From positions 30,074-94,073 of the forward strand of contig JAFSSQ010000023.1 of assembly GCA_017450965.1 (NCBI GenBank): a DNA stretch of 64,000 bases, read 5' to 3'. Positions 54,013-63,354 of the stretch are shown piece after piece (position 1 is the first letter of the stretch; each line of letters starts with the position of its first letter). A model generated the notes under the pieces. It worked only from the letters and a program-made list of their open reading frames with translations. It did not search any database and had not been told where the DNA came from. This stretch comes from Clostridia bacterium (GTDB lineage: Bacteria; Bacillota; Clostridia; Oscillospirales; CAG-272). The translations under genes and the position numbers were made by a program.

Positions 54013-54041
54013 TTGACACGGTCTTGTTTCTTTGTTATACT
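54013..54041 (+). promoter_or_regulatory. sigma-A promoter of the lipoprotein cluster
   Basis: TTGACA - 17 nt - TATACT, about 48 nt upstream of ATG 54090. Confidence 0.6.
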
Positions 54042-54089
54042 GGAACCGAAGAAGACGTCCGCCACGACCGATAGGAAGGAACAACAGAA

Positions 54090-56015
54090 ATGAAACAGAA
54101 ACGAACGCTCTCTCTTTGCCTTGCTCTCCTGCTTCTTCTTACGACCGCCCTCTCCGCCTGCGCCGAAAAAGAACCGGCAGACGGCACCGATGCGTTGATG
54201 ACCGCGCCGGAAACGGCGCCCGAGACCACGCCGGAAACGGCGCCGGAGACCGCCCCGGAAACGACGCCGCCCGAGAGCGAGCCGACGGTCGTTTATCCGC
54301 TTGCCACCCGCTTAAACATGAGTTTTCCCCGTACCGACGGTTCTACCTCCACCCTCCCGCTCGACAACGCGATCCGGGAGGCGCTTTGCGGTCCGAACTA
54401 TTATCCCGCCAAACACACCTCCACCCATACCGCCTTTGACAATCTGATCGCCAAGAAGGTCGATCTGATCTTCTCGGTCCCGACCTCTCCGGAACAGGAG
54501 GAAAAAGCGAAAGAGGCCGGCGTTACCCTGAAAGAATATGCGATCTCCAAGGAGGCGTTCGTCTTCGTCCTCAACGCCGAGAACCCGGTAAACGCCCTGA
54601 CGCAGGAGCAGCTGCGCGGCATTTACAGCGGGAAGATCACCAACTGGAAGGAGGTCGGCGGGGACGACGCGCCGATCACCGCCTTCCAGCGCAACGAGGA
54701 CAGCGGCAGCCAGAACTATATCAAGACCTTTATGGGCGATACGCCCCTGATGGACGCGCCGAGCGAACTGCGCCCGACGATCATGTCCGGTCTGATGGAC
54801 GCGCTTCGCACCTACGATAACGCCAAGTATTCGATCGGTTATTCCTACTACGCCTACGCCGCCAATATGTACGGCACGGGCAGCGAGCTGAAGTTCGTCG
54901 CCGTGGACGGCGTTTATCCGGACGAAACGACGATCGCCGGGGATACCTATCCGCTGATCGTCCGCAATTATGTGATCGTGCGGACCGATTCCGCGGATTC
55001 GGCGTTCGATCTGGTCGAGTGGATCCTCTCGCCGCAGGGACAGCGAATCGTGGAAAAAAACGGCTATTTCGCGGCGACGGGAGAGCCGGAGCCCGGCGAA
55101 CAGATCTACGGCACCGGCCGCGAACTGCCGGAAACGCCCGTTCTGCTCGACCGCGTGTATACAGCCGAGTGGAACCCGGAGGGCGGCTGCCTGAAAAACA
55201 AGGCGGTCGAGGAAAAGCTAAACGCCGTTTACCGGGAGATGAAGAAGGACGAAACGGCGTCGGTCTGGAGCTGCGTGTTGAACGGATATCTCACCTTCGG
55301 TTCCCGTATCAGCTCTCAGTATACCACTCGCGTCTTCGACCTCCGGACGGGGGAGGAGATCACCGAAGTATCCGATCTTTTTTACAAAGGAACGGACTTT
55401 ATGAAAAAGATCGAGGAAAACTCCCCAGGTCTGATCTGGCTCTACGAGGAGAGGGGGGCGGTCCGCTATGAGGAGATCGAGATGCACTTCCTGTTCGGAT
55501 CGTTCGATCGGAACGGATGGGCTTACGATTTTTCGCAGTTGATCAATCCTCTTTATTTTATCCCGATGACGCCCGACGCAATGGAGGGGCTGTGGGAGGA
55601 TCCGTCCGCCGTTCAGTGCCACGCCCGGACGTTAGCCGCCCACACGGCGTACCGGCACGATCGCGGGATCATCTTCCAGTTCGACGAGGAGGACGGACTT
55701 TCCGCCGCGGACCGGGAGCGGATCAATCGCTTTGTCAGCGAGTATATCGAAAGCGAGGAGGGCTACGCCCGCCTCTGCGAGGTGTATTACAAATCCTTTT
55801 CCTCTCACTATCAAAAAACGATCGACCAGAACGCCGAGCGCGGAGAGCCTTCCCCTCTCGCGGTGCCGACGCAATTCCGGCTGTACGAGGTCGGATACCG
55901 CTGCCTTCAGATCATGGCGACCCTACCGAGCATCGATTCCGGGTATCTCTATTTCGATTTTGACACGCTGGCGCCGCTCGACGAAGCGCCGGATCTGACA
56001 GGGATCTTTTCCTGA
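54090..56015 (+). CDS. lipoprotein: PstS-type periplasmic-binding-fold domain + uncharacterised C-terminal domain of about 300 aa (paralog A)
   Basis: Lipobox LSAC. PETA linker. PBP_like_2-type motifs DGSTSTLPL, LRGIYSGKITNWKEVGG, RNEDSGSQ. Confidence 0.7.
   Translation: MKQKRTLSLCLALLLLLTTALSACAEKEPADGTDALMTAPETAPETTPETAPETAPETTPPESEPTVVYPLATRLNMSFPRTDGSTSTLPLDNAIREALCGPNYYPAKHTSTHTAFDNLIAKKVDLIFSVPTSPEQEEKAKEAGVTLKEYAISKEAFVFVLNAENPVNALTQEQLRGIYSGKITNWKEVGGDDAPITAFQRNEDSGSQNYIKTFMGDTPLMDAPSELRPTIMSGLMDALRTYDNAKYSIGYSYYAYAANMYGTGSELKFVAVDGVYPDETTIAGDTYPLIVRNYVIVRTDSADSAFDLVEWILSPQGQRIVEKNGYFAATGEPEPGEQIYGTGRELPETPVLLDRVYTAEWNPEGGCLKNKAVEEKLNAVYREMKKDETASVWSCVLNGYLTFGSRISSQYTTRVFDLRTGEEITEVSDLFYKGTDFMKKIEENSPGLIWLYEERGAVRYEEIEMHFLFGSFDRNGWAYDFSQLINPLYFIPMTPDAMEGLWEDPSAVQCHARTLAAHTAYRHDRGIIFQFDEEDGLSAADRERINRFVSEYIESEEGYARLCEVYYKSFSSHYQKTIDQNAERGEPSPLAVPTQFRLYEVGYRCLQIMATLPSIDSGYLYFDFDTLAPLDEAPDLTGIFS
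54201..54284 (+). repeat. Pro-Glu-Thr-Ala linker-coding repeat (copy in paralog A)
   Basis: Encodes TAPETAPETTPETAPETAPETTPPESEP. Confidence 0.8.
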
Positions 56016-56034
56016 CGGAAAGGAGTTCTGAGAA

Positions 56035-57981
56035 ATGAAAAAAGAAAGAGTCCTTCTTCTTATTCTCTCTTTCCTTCTGGCGTTTTCCCCGCTGACCGCC
56101 TGCGCCGGAAAAGAACCGGCAAACGGCACCGCCGCGGTGACGACGGCGCCCGATGCAACGCCGGAAACGACGCCGGAAACGGCGCCGGAGACCACGCCGG
56201 CCGAGACCGGGCCGGCGGACGGTCCTGTCCTCTCGCCGGATGAGCTTGCCCTGCTGAAAAAGAACTACCCCCGTACCGACGGCTCCACCTCCACCCTCCC
56301 GCTTGACAATGCGATCCGGGAGGCGATCTGCGGGCCGGATTACACGCCCGCTTCTCATTCTACGACCCACACGGCTTTTTACCGGCTGATCCACAAAAGC
56401 AGGGATCTGATCTTCTCGGTCCCGATCTCGCCGGAGCAGGAAAAACAGGCAAAAGACGCCGACGTGACGATCGAGCAGTACGCGATCTCCAAGGAGGCGT
56501 TCGTCTTCGTCCTCAACGCCGAGAACCCGGTGGACGCCCTCACGCAGGATCAGCTGCGGAGGATTTACAGCGGGAAGATCACCAACTGGAAGGAGGTCGG
56601 CGGGGACGACGCGCCGATCACCGCCTTCCAGCGCAACGAGGACAGCGGCAGCCAGAACTATATCAAGACCTTTATGGGCGATACCCCTCTGATGGACGCG
56701 CCGAGCACGATGCGCCCCGGGTCTATGGGAGCCCTGATGGACGCGATCGCGCTTTACGATAACGCGAAATACTCGATCGGCTATTCCTACTACGCCTACG
56801 CCGCGAATATGTACGGCACGGGCACAGAACTGAAGTTTGTCGCCGTGGACGGCGTTTACCCGGACGAAGCGACGATTGCCGACGATACCTATCCGCTTTT
56901 GCCCCGCAATTACGCGATCATCCGCGGGGACGCTCCGCAGACGGCGCGCGACCTTGTCCGGTGGATCCTCTCGCCGGAAGGACAGAAGATCGTGTCGGAA
57001 AACGGCTATTTCTCGCTCGGCGGCGAGGGAACGCTCCCGCCGCTGGCCGCGCCGCCGGAGCAGGTCTTCGGCACCGGCCCCGAACTGCCGGAAACGCCTC
57101 CCGTTCTTGACCGCAGATACGTTGCCGAGTGGAACCCGGAGGGCGGCTGCCTGAAGGATCAGGGCGTCGAGGAAAAGCTCAACGCCGTTTACCGGCAGTT
57201 AAAGGAAGAAGAAAAAGAATCGGTCTCCGCCGTCGTGCTCAACGGGTATTTCTTGATCTCTTACCGGTTAGAATCTCATTCTTACACCCGCGTCTTCGAC
57301 CTCCGGACGGGGGAGGAGATCACCGAAGTGTCCGACCTTTTCTACAAAGGGACGGATTTTATGAAAAAGATCAGGGAGACGGTTCCGCCCCCCACGGAGG
57401 AGACTTCGACCTCCTATGATACGATCACGATGTCCACGCTTTTCGGGGACAGCGTGGACAGTTTTAGGGTCAAAGAGGACTATTACGGTTTTTCACAAAA
57501 GATCAATCCGCTGTACTTTCTCCCGATGGCGCCCGACGCGATGGAGGGACTGTGGCAGGATCCGTCCGCCGTCGAAGTTTCCGTTCTCCGGCTATACGCT
57601 CGCACGGGTTATCGAAGCGAACGCGGGAAGGTCGCCCAGTTCGACGAGGAAGACGGACTCTCTGCCGCGGACCGGGAGCGGATCAACCGCTTTGTCAGCG
57701 AGTATATCGAAAACGAGGAGAACTACGCCCGCATCTGCGAGGCGTATTACAACGCTTTTGTCACCCGTTCTCCCGGAGCGGTCGAGCAGTTTACCGAACA
57801 CGGGCAGCCGATCCCGGAGTCGTTTTGCACGCCGGATCAATTCGATCTGGCCGTGGTCGGCTGGCGTTATTTGATGATCACGGCGCAGCGTATCATGATC
57901 AATGGCGTTACGTTCTATTTCGATCTCGATACGCTCACGCCGCTCGACGGGGCGCCGGATCTGACCGGGGTTTTTGCGTGA
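56035..57981 (+). CDS. lipoprotein: PstS-type binding fold + uncharacterised C-terminal domain (paralog B, tandem duplicate)
   Basis: Lipobox LTAC. Colinear with paralog A and shares 122-nt and 50-nt identical tracts. Confidence 0.7.
   Translation: MKKERVLLLILSFLLAFSPLTACAGKEPANGTAAVTTAPDATPETTPETAPETTPAETGPADGPVLSPDELALLKKNYPRTDGSTSTLPLDNAIREAICGPDYTPASHSTTHTAFYRLIHKSRDLIFSVPISPEQEKQAKDADVTIEQYAISKEAFVFVLNAENPVDALTQDQLRRIYSGKITNWKEVGGDDAPITAFQRNEDSGSQNYIKTFMGDTPLMDAPSTMRPGSMGALMDAIALYDNAKYSIGYSYYAYAANMYGTGTELKFVAVDGVYPDEATIADDTYPLLPRNYAIIRGDAPQTARDLVRWILSPEGQKIVSENGYFSLGGEGTLPPLAAPPEQVFGTGPELPETPPVLDRRYVAEWNPEGGCLKDQGVEEKLNAVYRQLKEEEKESVSAVVLNGYFLISYRLESHSYTRVFDLRTGEEITEVSDLFYKGTDFMKKIRETVPPPTEETSTSYDTITMSTLFGDSVDSFRVKEDYYGFSQKINPLYFLPMAPDAMEGLWQDPSAVEVSVLRLYARTGYRSERGKVAQFDEEDGLSAADRERINRFVSEYIENEENYARICEAYYNAFVTRSPGAVEQFTEHGQPIPESFCTPDQFDLAVVGWRYLMITAQRIMINGVTFYFDLDTLTPLDGAPDLTGVFA
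56143..56208 (+). repeat. Pro-Glu-Thr-Ala linker-coding repeat (copy in paralog B)
   Basis: Encodes TAPDATPETTPETAPETTPAET. Confidence 0.8.
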
Positions 57982-58005
57982 TCTGAAAAAGGAGTAAGAC
58001 ACCAT

Positions 58006-59787
58006 ATGAAATCAACCAGGATCGGACTGTTTTTCGCTGCTTTTCTGTCGCTCTGTCTTCTTTTCGCTTCCTGCGGGGAGACGCCGCCGGCGGAAACCGC
58101 CGCCGCGGTGACGACGGCGCCCGATACAACGCCGGAAACGGCGCCGGAGACCGCCCCGGAAACAACGCCCGAAACGACGCCGGAAACCGCACCGGAAAGC
58201 GCATGGGAAACAACGCCGGAGACAACGCCGGAGACAACGCCCGAAACGGCGCCGGAGACGGAGCCGCCCGCGCCGCTCGAGCCGTTTTCCTTCGATTTTT
58301 CGCTTTCCTCCCTCGGGACGGCGGAAACGCCGGTCGTCTCCCGCTACCGGGACGAGGCGGTCAATACCGTCAAGGAGGCGCTCTTCGGAGATAATCTCGC
58401 CTGGCGCGGCAACGGCTACGGCGTCTGGGACGAAAAGACGGGGAAACTCAACGCCTCCCTTGTCGAGGCGATCCGCCGCTGCGGCGTCACCCAACTGCGC
58501 TATCCCGGCGGGATCGAGGGGGATTACTTCCACTGGCAGGAGAGCGTCGGAGAAAACCGCGTGCCGCAGATCGACCCTTTTTCCGCCGATTATCCGACGA
58601 GGGCGGCGACAAGCGGCGTGCGTTACCTCCCCTCCTTCGGGTTTGACGAGTTCGTCTCTCTCTGCCGCGCGCTGGAGATCCCCGCTACCGTCCAGCTCAA
58701 CGCCGGCAACGGGACCCCCGCCGAGGCGGCGGATTGGGTCCGCTACTGTCTCGATCACAACGTGGAGGTCGCCTCGTTTGCGATCGGCAACGAGCCGAAC
58801 ATGGCGGCGGAGAAGGTGGACGGGATCCGCGTGACCAAAACGCCGGAGGAATACGTCGCCTTTGCCCGGGAAACGCTCGATCTGCTCGGAGAGGACCGGG
58901 AAAAAGTTGAGATCGGCGTTGTGGCGCTCACCTCCCGCCACCCGCTCTGCAAGTACGCCGCGTGGGACAAGACCGTTCTCACCGCCCTCGGGGAACGGAT
59001 CGACTTTATTGACTGCCACCTCGGCTACGCGCCGCTCTACACAAGGGACGGGGATACCGACGGGGAGATCTTCAAAGCGTACATGGCGGCGCCCGACTGG
59101 ATCGCCGGCCTCCTCACGACGACGGAAAAGGAGATCGACGCCTACGCCGGCGAAAACGCAAAGAATATCTCGATCCAGATCACCGAATACGGCCCGATGG
59201 GGACCTACTATAACGGCACGGTCGGCTCGGTCTTCCTTGCGTCCTTTTTCCATACGGTAACGAGAGATCCGCGCGTCAGCGCCGCCAATCACCTTCCGAT
59301 GCTCAATCACCCCTACGCCGCCCTGCTGGTCGGCTATTACCGGGTGAACGGCGTCGATCATTTCTGGGACAATATCTGTTCCTACGTTTTCCGCTGGTAC
59401 GCGGAGCAGGCGGGCAGGGACGTGCTCGCCGCCGAGGAAACGGCGGAGAAAGTCAAAAGCGAAAAGAAGGTCGGCGTCGTCCCCGCGATGAACTACCGAT
59501 CCGGGGAAACGGCGGTCTACCTCGACCGTGAGACCCGCAAGGGGACGCTTTTCGTTATCAACCGCGACACGGAGGAGAACCGCCGTTTTGAGATCGCCCT
59601 CCCCTTTGACGCGGTCACGGTCACCGCTATCTCCCGCATCCGCGCCGACGATAAAACGCTGGCGAACACCTGGGATCACCCGGACCGAGTCACCCCGATC
59701 ACGCAGATCCTCGGGGAGCGCGGCGCCGGCGAGATCCTTCTCACCGCCGAGCCGATCTCCCTTGTCCGGATCGACTTTACCTATTGA
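58006..59787 (+). CDS. lipoprotein with glycoside-hydrolase-like (beta/alpha)8 domain (clan GH-A, GH51/arabinofuranosidase-like)
   Basis: Lipobox FASC. Long PETA linker. LRYPGGIEGDYFHW, the GNEP acid/base-like motif and ITEYG nucleophile-like motif. Confidence 0.5.
   Translation: MKSTRIGLFFAAFLSLCLLFASCGETPPAETAAAVTTAPDTTPETAPETAPETTPETTPETAPESAWETTPETTPETTPETAPETEPPAPLEPFSFDFSLSSLGTAETPVVSRYRDEAVNTVKEALFGDNLAWRGNGYGVWDEKTGKLNASLVEAIRRCGVTQLRYPGGIEGDYFHWQESVGENRVPQIDPFSADYPTRAATSGVRYLPSFGFDEFVSLCRALEIPATVQLNAGNGTPAEAADWVRYCLDHNVEVASFAIGNEPNMAAEKVDGIRVTKTPEEYVAFARETLDLLGEDREKVEIGVVALTSRHPLCKYAAWDKTVLTALGERIDFIDCHLGYAPLYTRDGDTDGEIFKAYMAAPDWIAGLLTTTEKEIDAYAGENAKNISIQITEYGPMGTYYNGTVGSVFLASFFHTVTRDPRVSAANHLPMLNHPYAALLVGYYRVNGVDHFWDNICSYVFRWYAEQAGRDVLAAEETAEKVKSEKKVGVVPAMNYRSGETAVYLDRETRKGTLFVINRDTEENRRFEIALPFDAVTVTAISRIRADDKTLANTWDHPDRVTPITQILGERGAGEILLTAEPISLVRIDFTY
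58114..58266 (+). repeat. Pro-Glu-Thr-Ala linker-coding repeat (longest copy)
   Basis: Encodes about 51 aa of (T/A)PET units. Shares the 24-nt GCCGCGGTGACGACGGCGCCCGAT lead-in with paralog B. Confidence 0.8.
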
Positions 59788-59793
59788 AAAAAC

Positions 59794-59826
59794 AAAAAAC
59801 GGCGCGGAGCCTCCGCGCCGTTTTTG
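59794..59826. terminator. Bidirectional terminator between GH lipoprotein and hemolysin-III genes
   Basis: 9-bp stem CGGCGCGGA / TCCGCGCCG flanked by an A-run and a T-run. Confidence 0.65.
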
Positions 59827-59832
59827 CTTTCT

Positions 59833-60504
59833 CTAAACGACGTAAAAATACACGCACAGATACTGCAGGACGCTGCCCGCGATCACAAAGAGATGGAAGA
59901 TCGCGTGCATCCACCGCTTCTTTTTTCCGATCCCGTACAGTACGGCGCCGACCGTGTAAGCGATCCCGCCGGAAAGGAGCCACAAAAGCCCGGGCAGGGG
60001 GATCGCCTCGATCGCCTGTTTCGCCGCGAGCAGGATGCACCAGCCCACGCCGATATAGCAGACCATCGCCGGCGCGGCGTACCGGCGCAGGTCGATCGCG
60101 GTCAGAGTGCATCCGATCAGGCAAAAGCCCCACACGACGCCGAAGATGCTCCACCCCCAGCCGGGGGAAACCCCGCGGATCGCGCAGAGGGCGACGGGCG
60201 TGTAGGTCCCCCCGATCAGAAAGAAGATCGTGCAGTGATCGAGGACCCGCATCACCCGCTTCGCCGCCGGCGGGCGCAGTCCGTGATAGAGCGCGGACAT
60301 CGTGTAGAGGAGGATGAGGGAGGCTCCGTAGATCGCACAAGCGGCGACCGCCGTCCCGCTCCCGCCGCGCGCGGCGCGGACGAGAAGGAGCGCCGTCCCG
60401 AAGACGGCAAGTCCCCCGCCCGCGGCGTGGGAGATCCAATGAAAACGTTCCTCGCCGCGCGTATAAGAGGGAAGCTCTCTCTCTTTTTTTCTGACCTTTT
60501 TCAT
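59833..60504 (-). CDS. hemolysin III / PAQR family membrane protein
   Basis: 223 aa, 7 TM. Motifs SALYH, HCTIFFLIGGTYTP, HLFV. Start moved from track 60747 to ATG 60504. Confidence 0.8.
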   Translation of the reverse strand: MKKVRKKERELPSYTRGEERFHWISHAAGGGLAVFGTALLLVRAARGGSGTAVAACAIYGASLILLYTMSALYHGLRPPAAKRVMRVLDHCTIFFLIGGTYTPVALCAIRGVSPGWGWSIFGVVWGFCLIGCTLTAIDLRRYAAPAMVCYIGVGWCILLAAKQAIEAIPLPGLLWLLSGGIAYTVGAVLYGIGKKKRWMHAIFHLFVIAGSVLQYLCVYFYVV

Positions 60505-60719
60505 CGGGTTCCCCCCTTTCCCTTTCATTGTACGCGGCGGGGAGGGAAAAGGCAACCTACCCTTTCCGCGCGGCGCGATACCTTTCGTAGAATGCCCCGC
60601 TCCCGCCGGTAGAGAAGCTCTACCGGCGGGAGAGCCGCCTGATTCTTCCGTTTCCAGCGGCGGGAGGAGGGCTTTTTTTGCGTTTTTCCGGTTTTTTCCG
60701 TGATCTTTTGCCGGAAGGA

Positions 60720-60748
60720 TTGAAAAAAGCGCGCGCCCGTGGTACAAT
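60720..60748 (+). promoter_or_regulatory. sigma-A promoter of the M16 peptidase pair
   Basis: TTGAAA - 17 nt - TACAAT with TGg extended -10. Confidence 0.5.
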
Positions 60749-60780
60749 AAAAAAATGCAGACAAACGACGGAGCGATACG

Positions 60781-62073
60781 ATGAAACAGACAAGGATCTC
60801 ACTTTCCGGCGGTGTTGCGCTGACCCTTATCCCGACCGACCGGTTCAAAACCGAATGTATCTCCCTGCATTTTCTCCTTCCGCTGGAGCGGGAGACCGTG
60901 ACAGCCGTCTCCCTTTTGCGGGGACTTCTTTTGCGCGGATGCGAGGGGTATCCCTCCTTTGAAAAGATCAGCTCCCGCCTGGACGACCTGTATGGGGCGG
61001 AGATCACGGTGGAGACGAAACCCCTCGGCTCCGTCCTCGCCCTTGCCGTAACGGCGGAGTATCTCGCCGGGCGGTTTTCCGCGGACGGGACCGACATCGT
61101 CGGCGGCGTGCTCGATCTCTTCCGCCGCATCCTCTTTTCTCCCGTGAAGCTCACCGACCCCGCCACCCTCGAGAGCGAAAAAAAGCATCTCGCCGACGAG
61201 ATCGCCGCCGGGATCAACGAAAAAGGCGCCTACGCCCGCCGTCGCCTCTACGCGGCGATGTTCGAGGGGGAGTGCGCGGGGATCGATCCCCTCGGCTACC
61301 GCGAGGATCTGGACGCGATCACGCCCGAGAGGGAGGAGGCGCTTTACCGCTCGCTCCTTGTTTCCGCTCCCGTCGAGATGTTCGTCGTCGGAGATCTCAC
61401 GGAGGAAACGGCGAAGCGATACGCCGACGCGCTTTTTGGCGGCGCCGCGCGCTCGCCGCGCGCCCTTCCCGCCGCCGCCCCCGTCCCCGGAAAAGCGCCG
61501 GCGGCGCTCCGCACCGTTTTCGAGGAAGAAAAGGTGCAGCAGGCGCGCCTTGCCATCGGCTACCGGACGCGGGCGGTCCTCGCCCCGGACAAGGCGTATA
61601 CCGACTTTCTGCTCGCCTGCGAGATCCTCGGCGGGGCTGCTTCGTCCAAGCTCTTTATGCACGTCCGGGAGGAGCTGAATCTCTGCTATTACTGCAGCAG
61701 CGACTACCGCGGCAGTCTCGCCGCGATGTTTATTTACGCCGGGATCGACACCGCTAATCTGAAAAAAACGCTGGACGCCGTCCGGCGCGAGATCGACGCC
61801 GTCGCCGCGGGCGAGATCACGGACGCGGAGCTGACCGCCGCCAAAAAAACGCTTTGCAGCGCGGTCCTCTCGGGGCTCGACTCAGCCCGCTATCTGGTCG
61901 CCTATACCCTCTCCCGAGCGCTCGCCGGCTTTTTTGAGGAGCCGGAAGCGCTGGTCGCGCGCATCGGGGAGGCGACGAAGGAGGACGTGGCCGCCGCGAT
62001 GCGCGGCGCCTTCCCCGATACGCTGTATTTTCTTTCCGACAATAAAGCTCTTGCCGAGGAGGCGCTCAGATGA
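60781..62073 (+). CDS. M16 (pitrilysin) family protein lacking the HxxEH motif (YfmF-like, probably non-catalytic subunit)
   Basis: 430 aa, M16 fold-like sequence, no HxxEH. ATGA overlap with the next gene. Confidence 0.65.
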   Translation: MKQTRISLSGGVALTLIPTDRFKTECISLHFLLPLERETVTAVSLLRGLLLRGCEGYPSFEKISSRLDDLYGAEITVETKPLGSVLALAVTAEYLAGRFSADGTDIVGGVLDLFRRILFSPVKLTDPATLESEKKHLADEIAAGINEKGAYARRRLYAAMFEGECAGIDPLGYREDLDAITPEREEALYRSLLVSAPVEMFVVGDLTEETAKRYADALFGGAARSPRALPAAAPVPGKAPAALRTVFEEEKVQQARLAIGYRTRAVLAPDKAYTDFLLACEILGGAASSKLFMHVREELNLCYYCSSDYRGSLAAMFIYAGIDTANLKKTLDAVRREIDAVAAGEITDAELTAAKKTLCSAVLSGLDSARYLVAYTLSRALAGFFEEPEALVARIGEATKEDVAAAMRGAFPDTLYFLSDNKALAEEALR

Positions 62074-63347
62074 ACGGACCGATCCGCCGGTACGACCCCT
62101 ATCTCGACGAGGAATATACCCTGATCCGCCACGAAAGCGGTTTGAAGATCTACGTGATCCCGAAAAAGCTCTCCGCCTCTTACGGCGTGCTGACCGCCGC
62201 CTACGGCTCCTTTGACAACTGTTTTTCCGCCGGCGGGGAGGAGCCCTCTCCCGTCCCGATGGGCGTGGCGCATTTTCTCGAGCATAAACTCTTTGAAAAC
62301 GAGGACGGCAGGGACACCTCCGCCGCGTTCGCCGAGCTCGGCGCGTTTTCGAACGCCTATACCTCCTTTGACCGGACCTCCTATCTCTTTGCCGCGACCG
62401 AAAACGAGAACGCCTGTCTCCGCGAGCTTCTCTCCTTCGTTTACGCGCCGTATTTCACCGAGGAATCGGTCCGGCGGGAGCAGAAGATCATCACCGAGGA
62501 GATCCGGATGGGGCAGGACAGCCCCTCCCGCCGCCGCTTTATGCTGCTTTCCTCGCTGCTCTATCACGACCATCCGATCGCGGAGGAGATCGCCGGGACC
62601 GAAGAGTCGGTCCTTGCCATCACGGCGGACACCCTGCGCCGCTGCTACGACGCCTTTTACGCTCCCTCCAATATGATCCTGACCCTGTGCGGGCGTTTCA
62701 CGCCGGAGGAGGCGATTTGCGCGGCGGACGAGCTGGTCCCCCGCCGTCCGGCGCCCGTTCTGCGCCGCGGGACGGTCTCCGAGCCGCCGGAGGTGAAAGC
62801 CTCCTGCGGCCGTCGCGATCTCCCCGTCTCCAAACCGCTCTTTGCCCTCGGATTCAAGGACCGGGCGGGAGAGCTCCCGCCCCGCGAGGCGCTCTCCCGC
62901 GGGCTGGCGGCCTCCGTTGCGGCGGAGGTCCTGTTCGGCAGTACCTCGCCGTTTTTCTCCCGGATGCTGGAGGAAAATCTGGCGGAGGGGATCGCCGCCT
63001 CCTATTTTTCCGTCCGGGACGTCGGGATGGGGGTCCTCACCGGCTCCGCCGACGAGCCGGAGCGGATCCGGGAGGAGGCGTTTGCGGTGCTGGAACGGGC
63101 GAAAAGGGAAGGGCTGGACCCGGCGGCCTTCGCCCGCGCCAAAAAAGGTCAGCTCTCCGATCTGATCCGTTCCTTCAATTCCGCCGAGGAAGCGGGGGAG
63201 CTTTCCCTTGACTGCGTCCTTTGCGGCTGCGATTTCATCGATTACGCAAACGCGCTCCGCGCGCTCTCCCCGGAAGACGCGCAGCGCGTGCTGTCCGAGA
63301 TATTCGATCCCGCCTGCTCCGCGCTCGCGGTGATCGGGAGAAAGTGA
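62070..63347 (+). CDS. M16 (pitrilysin) family zinc peptidase (YfmH-like)
   Basis: HFLEH zinc-binding motif (HxxEH) plus downstream E ligands. 425 aa. Confidence 0.75.
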   Translation: MNGPIRRYDPYLDEEYTLIRHESGLKIYVIPKKLSASYGVLTAAYGSFDNCFSAGGEEPSPVPMGVAHFLEHKLFENEDGRDTSAAFAELGAFSNAYTSFDRTSYLFAATENENACLRELLSFVYAPYFTEESVRREQKIITEEIRMGQDSPSRRRFMLLSSLLYHDHPIAEEIAGTEESVLAITADTLRRCYDAFYAPSNMILTLCGRFTPEEAICAADELVPRRPAPVLRRGTVSEPPEVKASCGRRDLPVSKPLFALGFKDRAGELPPREALSRGLAASVAAEVLFGSTSPFFSRMLEENLAEGIAASYFSVRDVGMGVLTGSADEPERIREEAFAVLERAKREGLDPAAFARAKKGQLSDLIRSFNSAEEAGELSLDCVLCGCDFIDYANALRALSPEDAQRVLSEIFDPACSALAVIGRK

Positions 63348-63354
63348 GGTTTTT

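Noticed and set aside
54201-58266. PETA-coding repeats and the GT/DT repeat (50615-50686) as CRISPR arrays
   Set aside because: The units are 6-12 nt, contiguous, in frame within ORFs and lack spacers. They are protein linker repeats.
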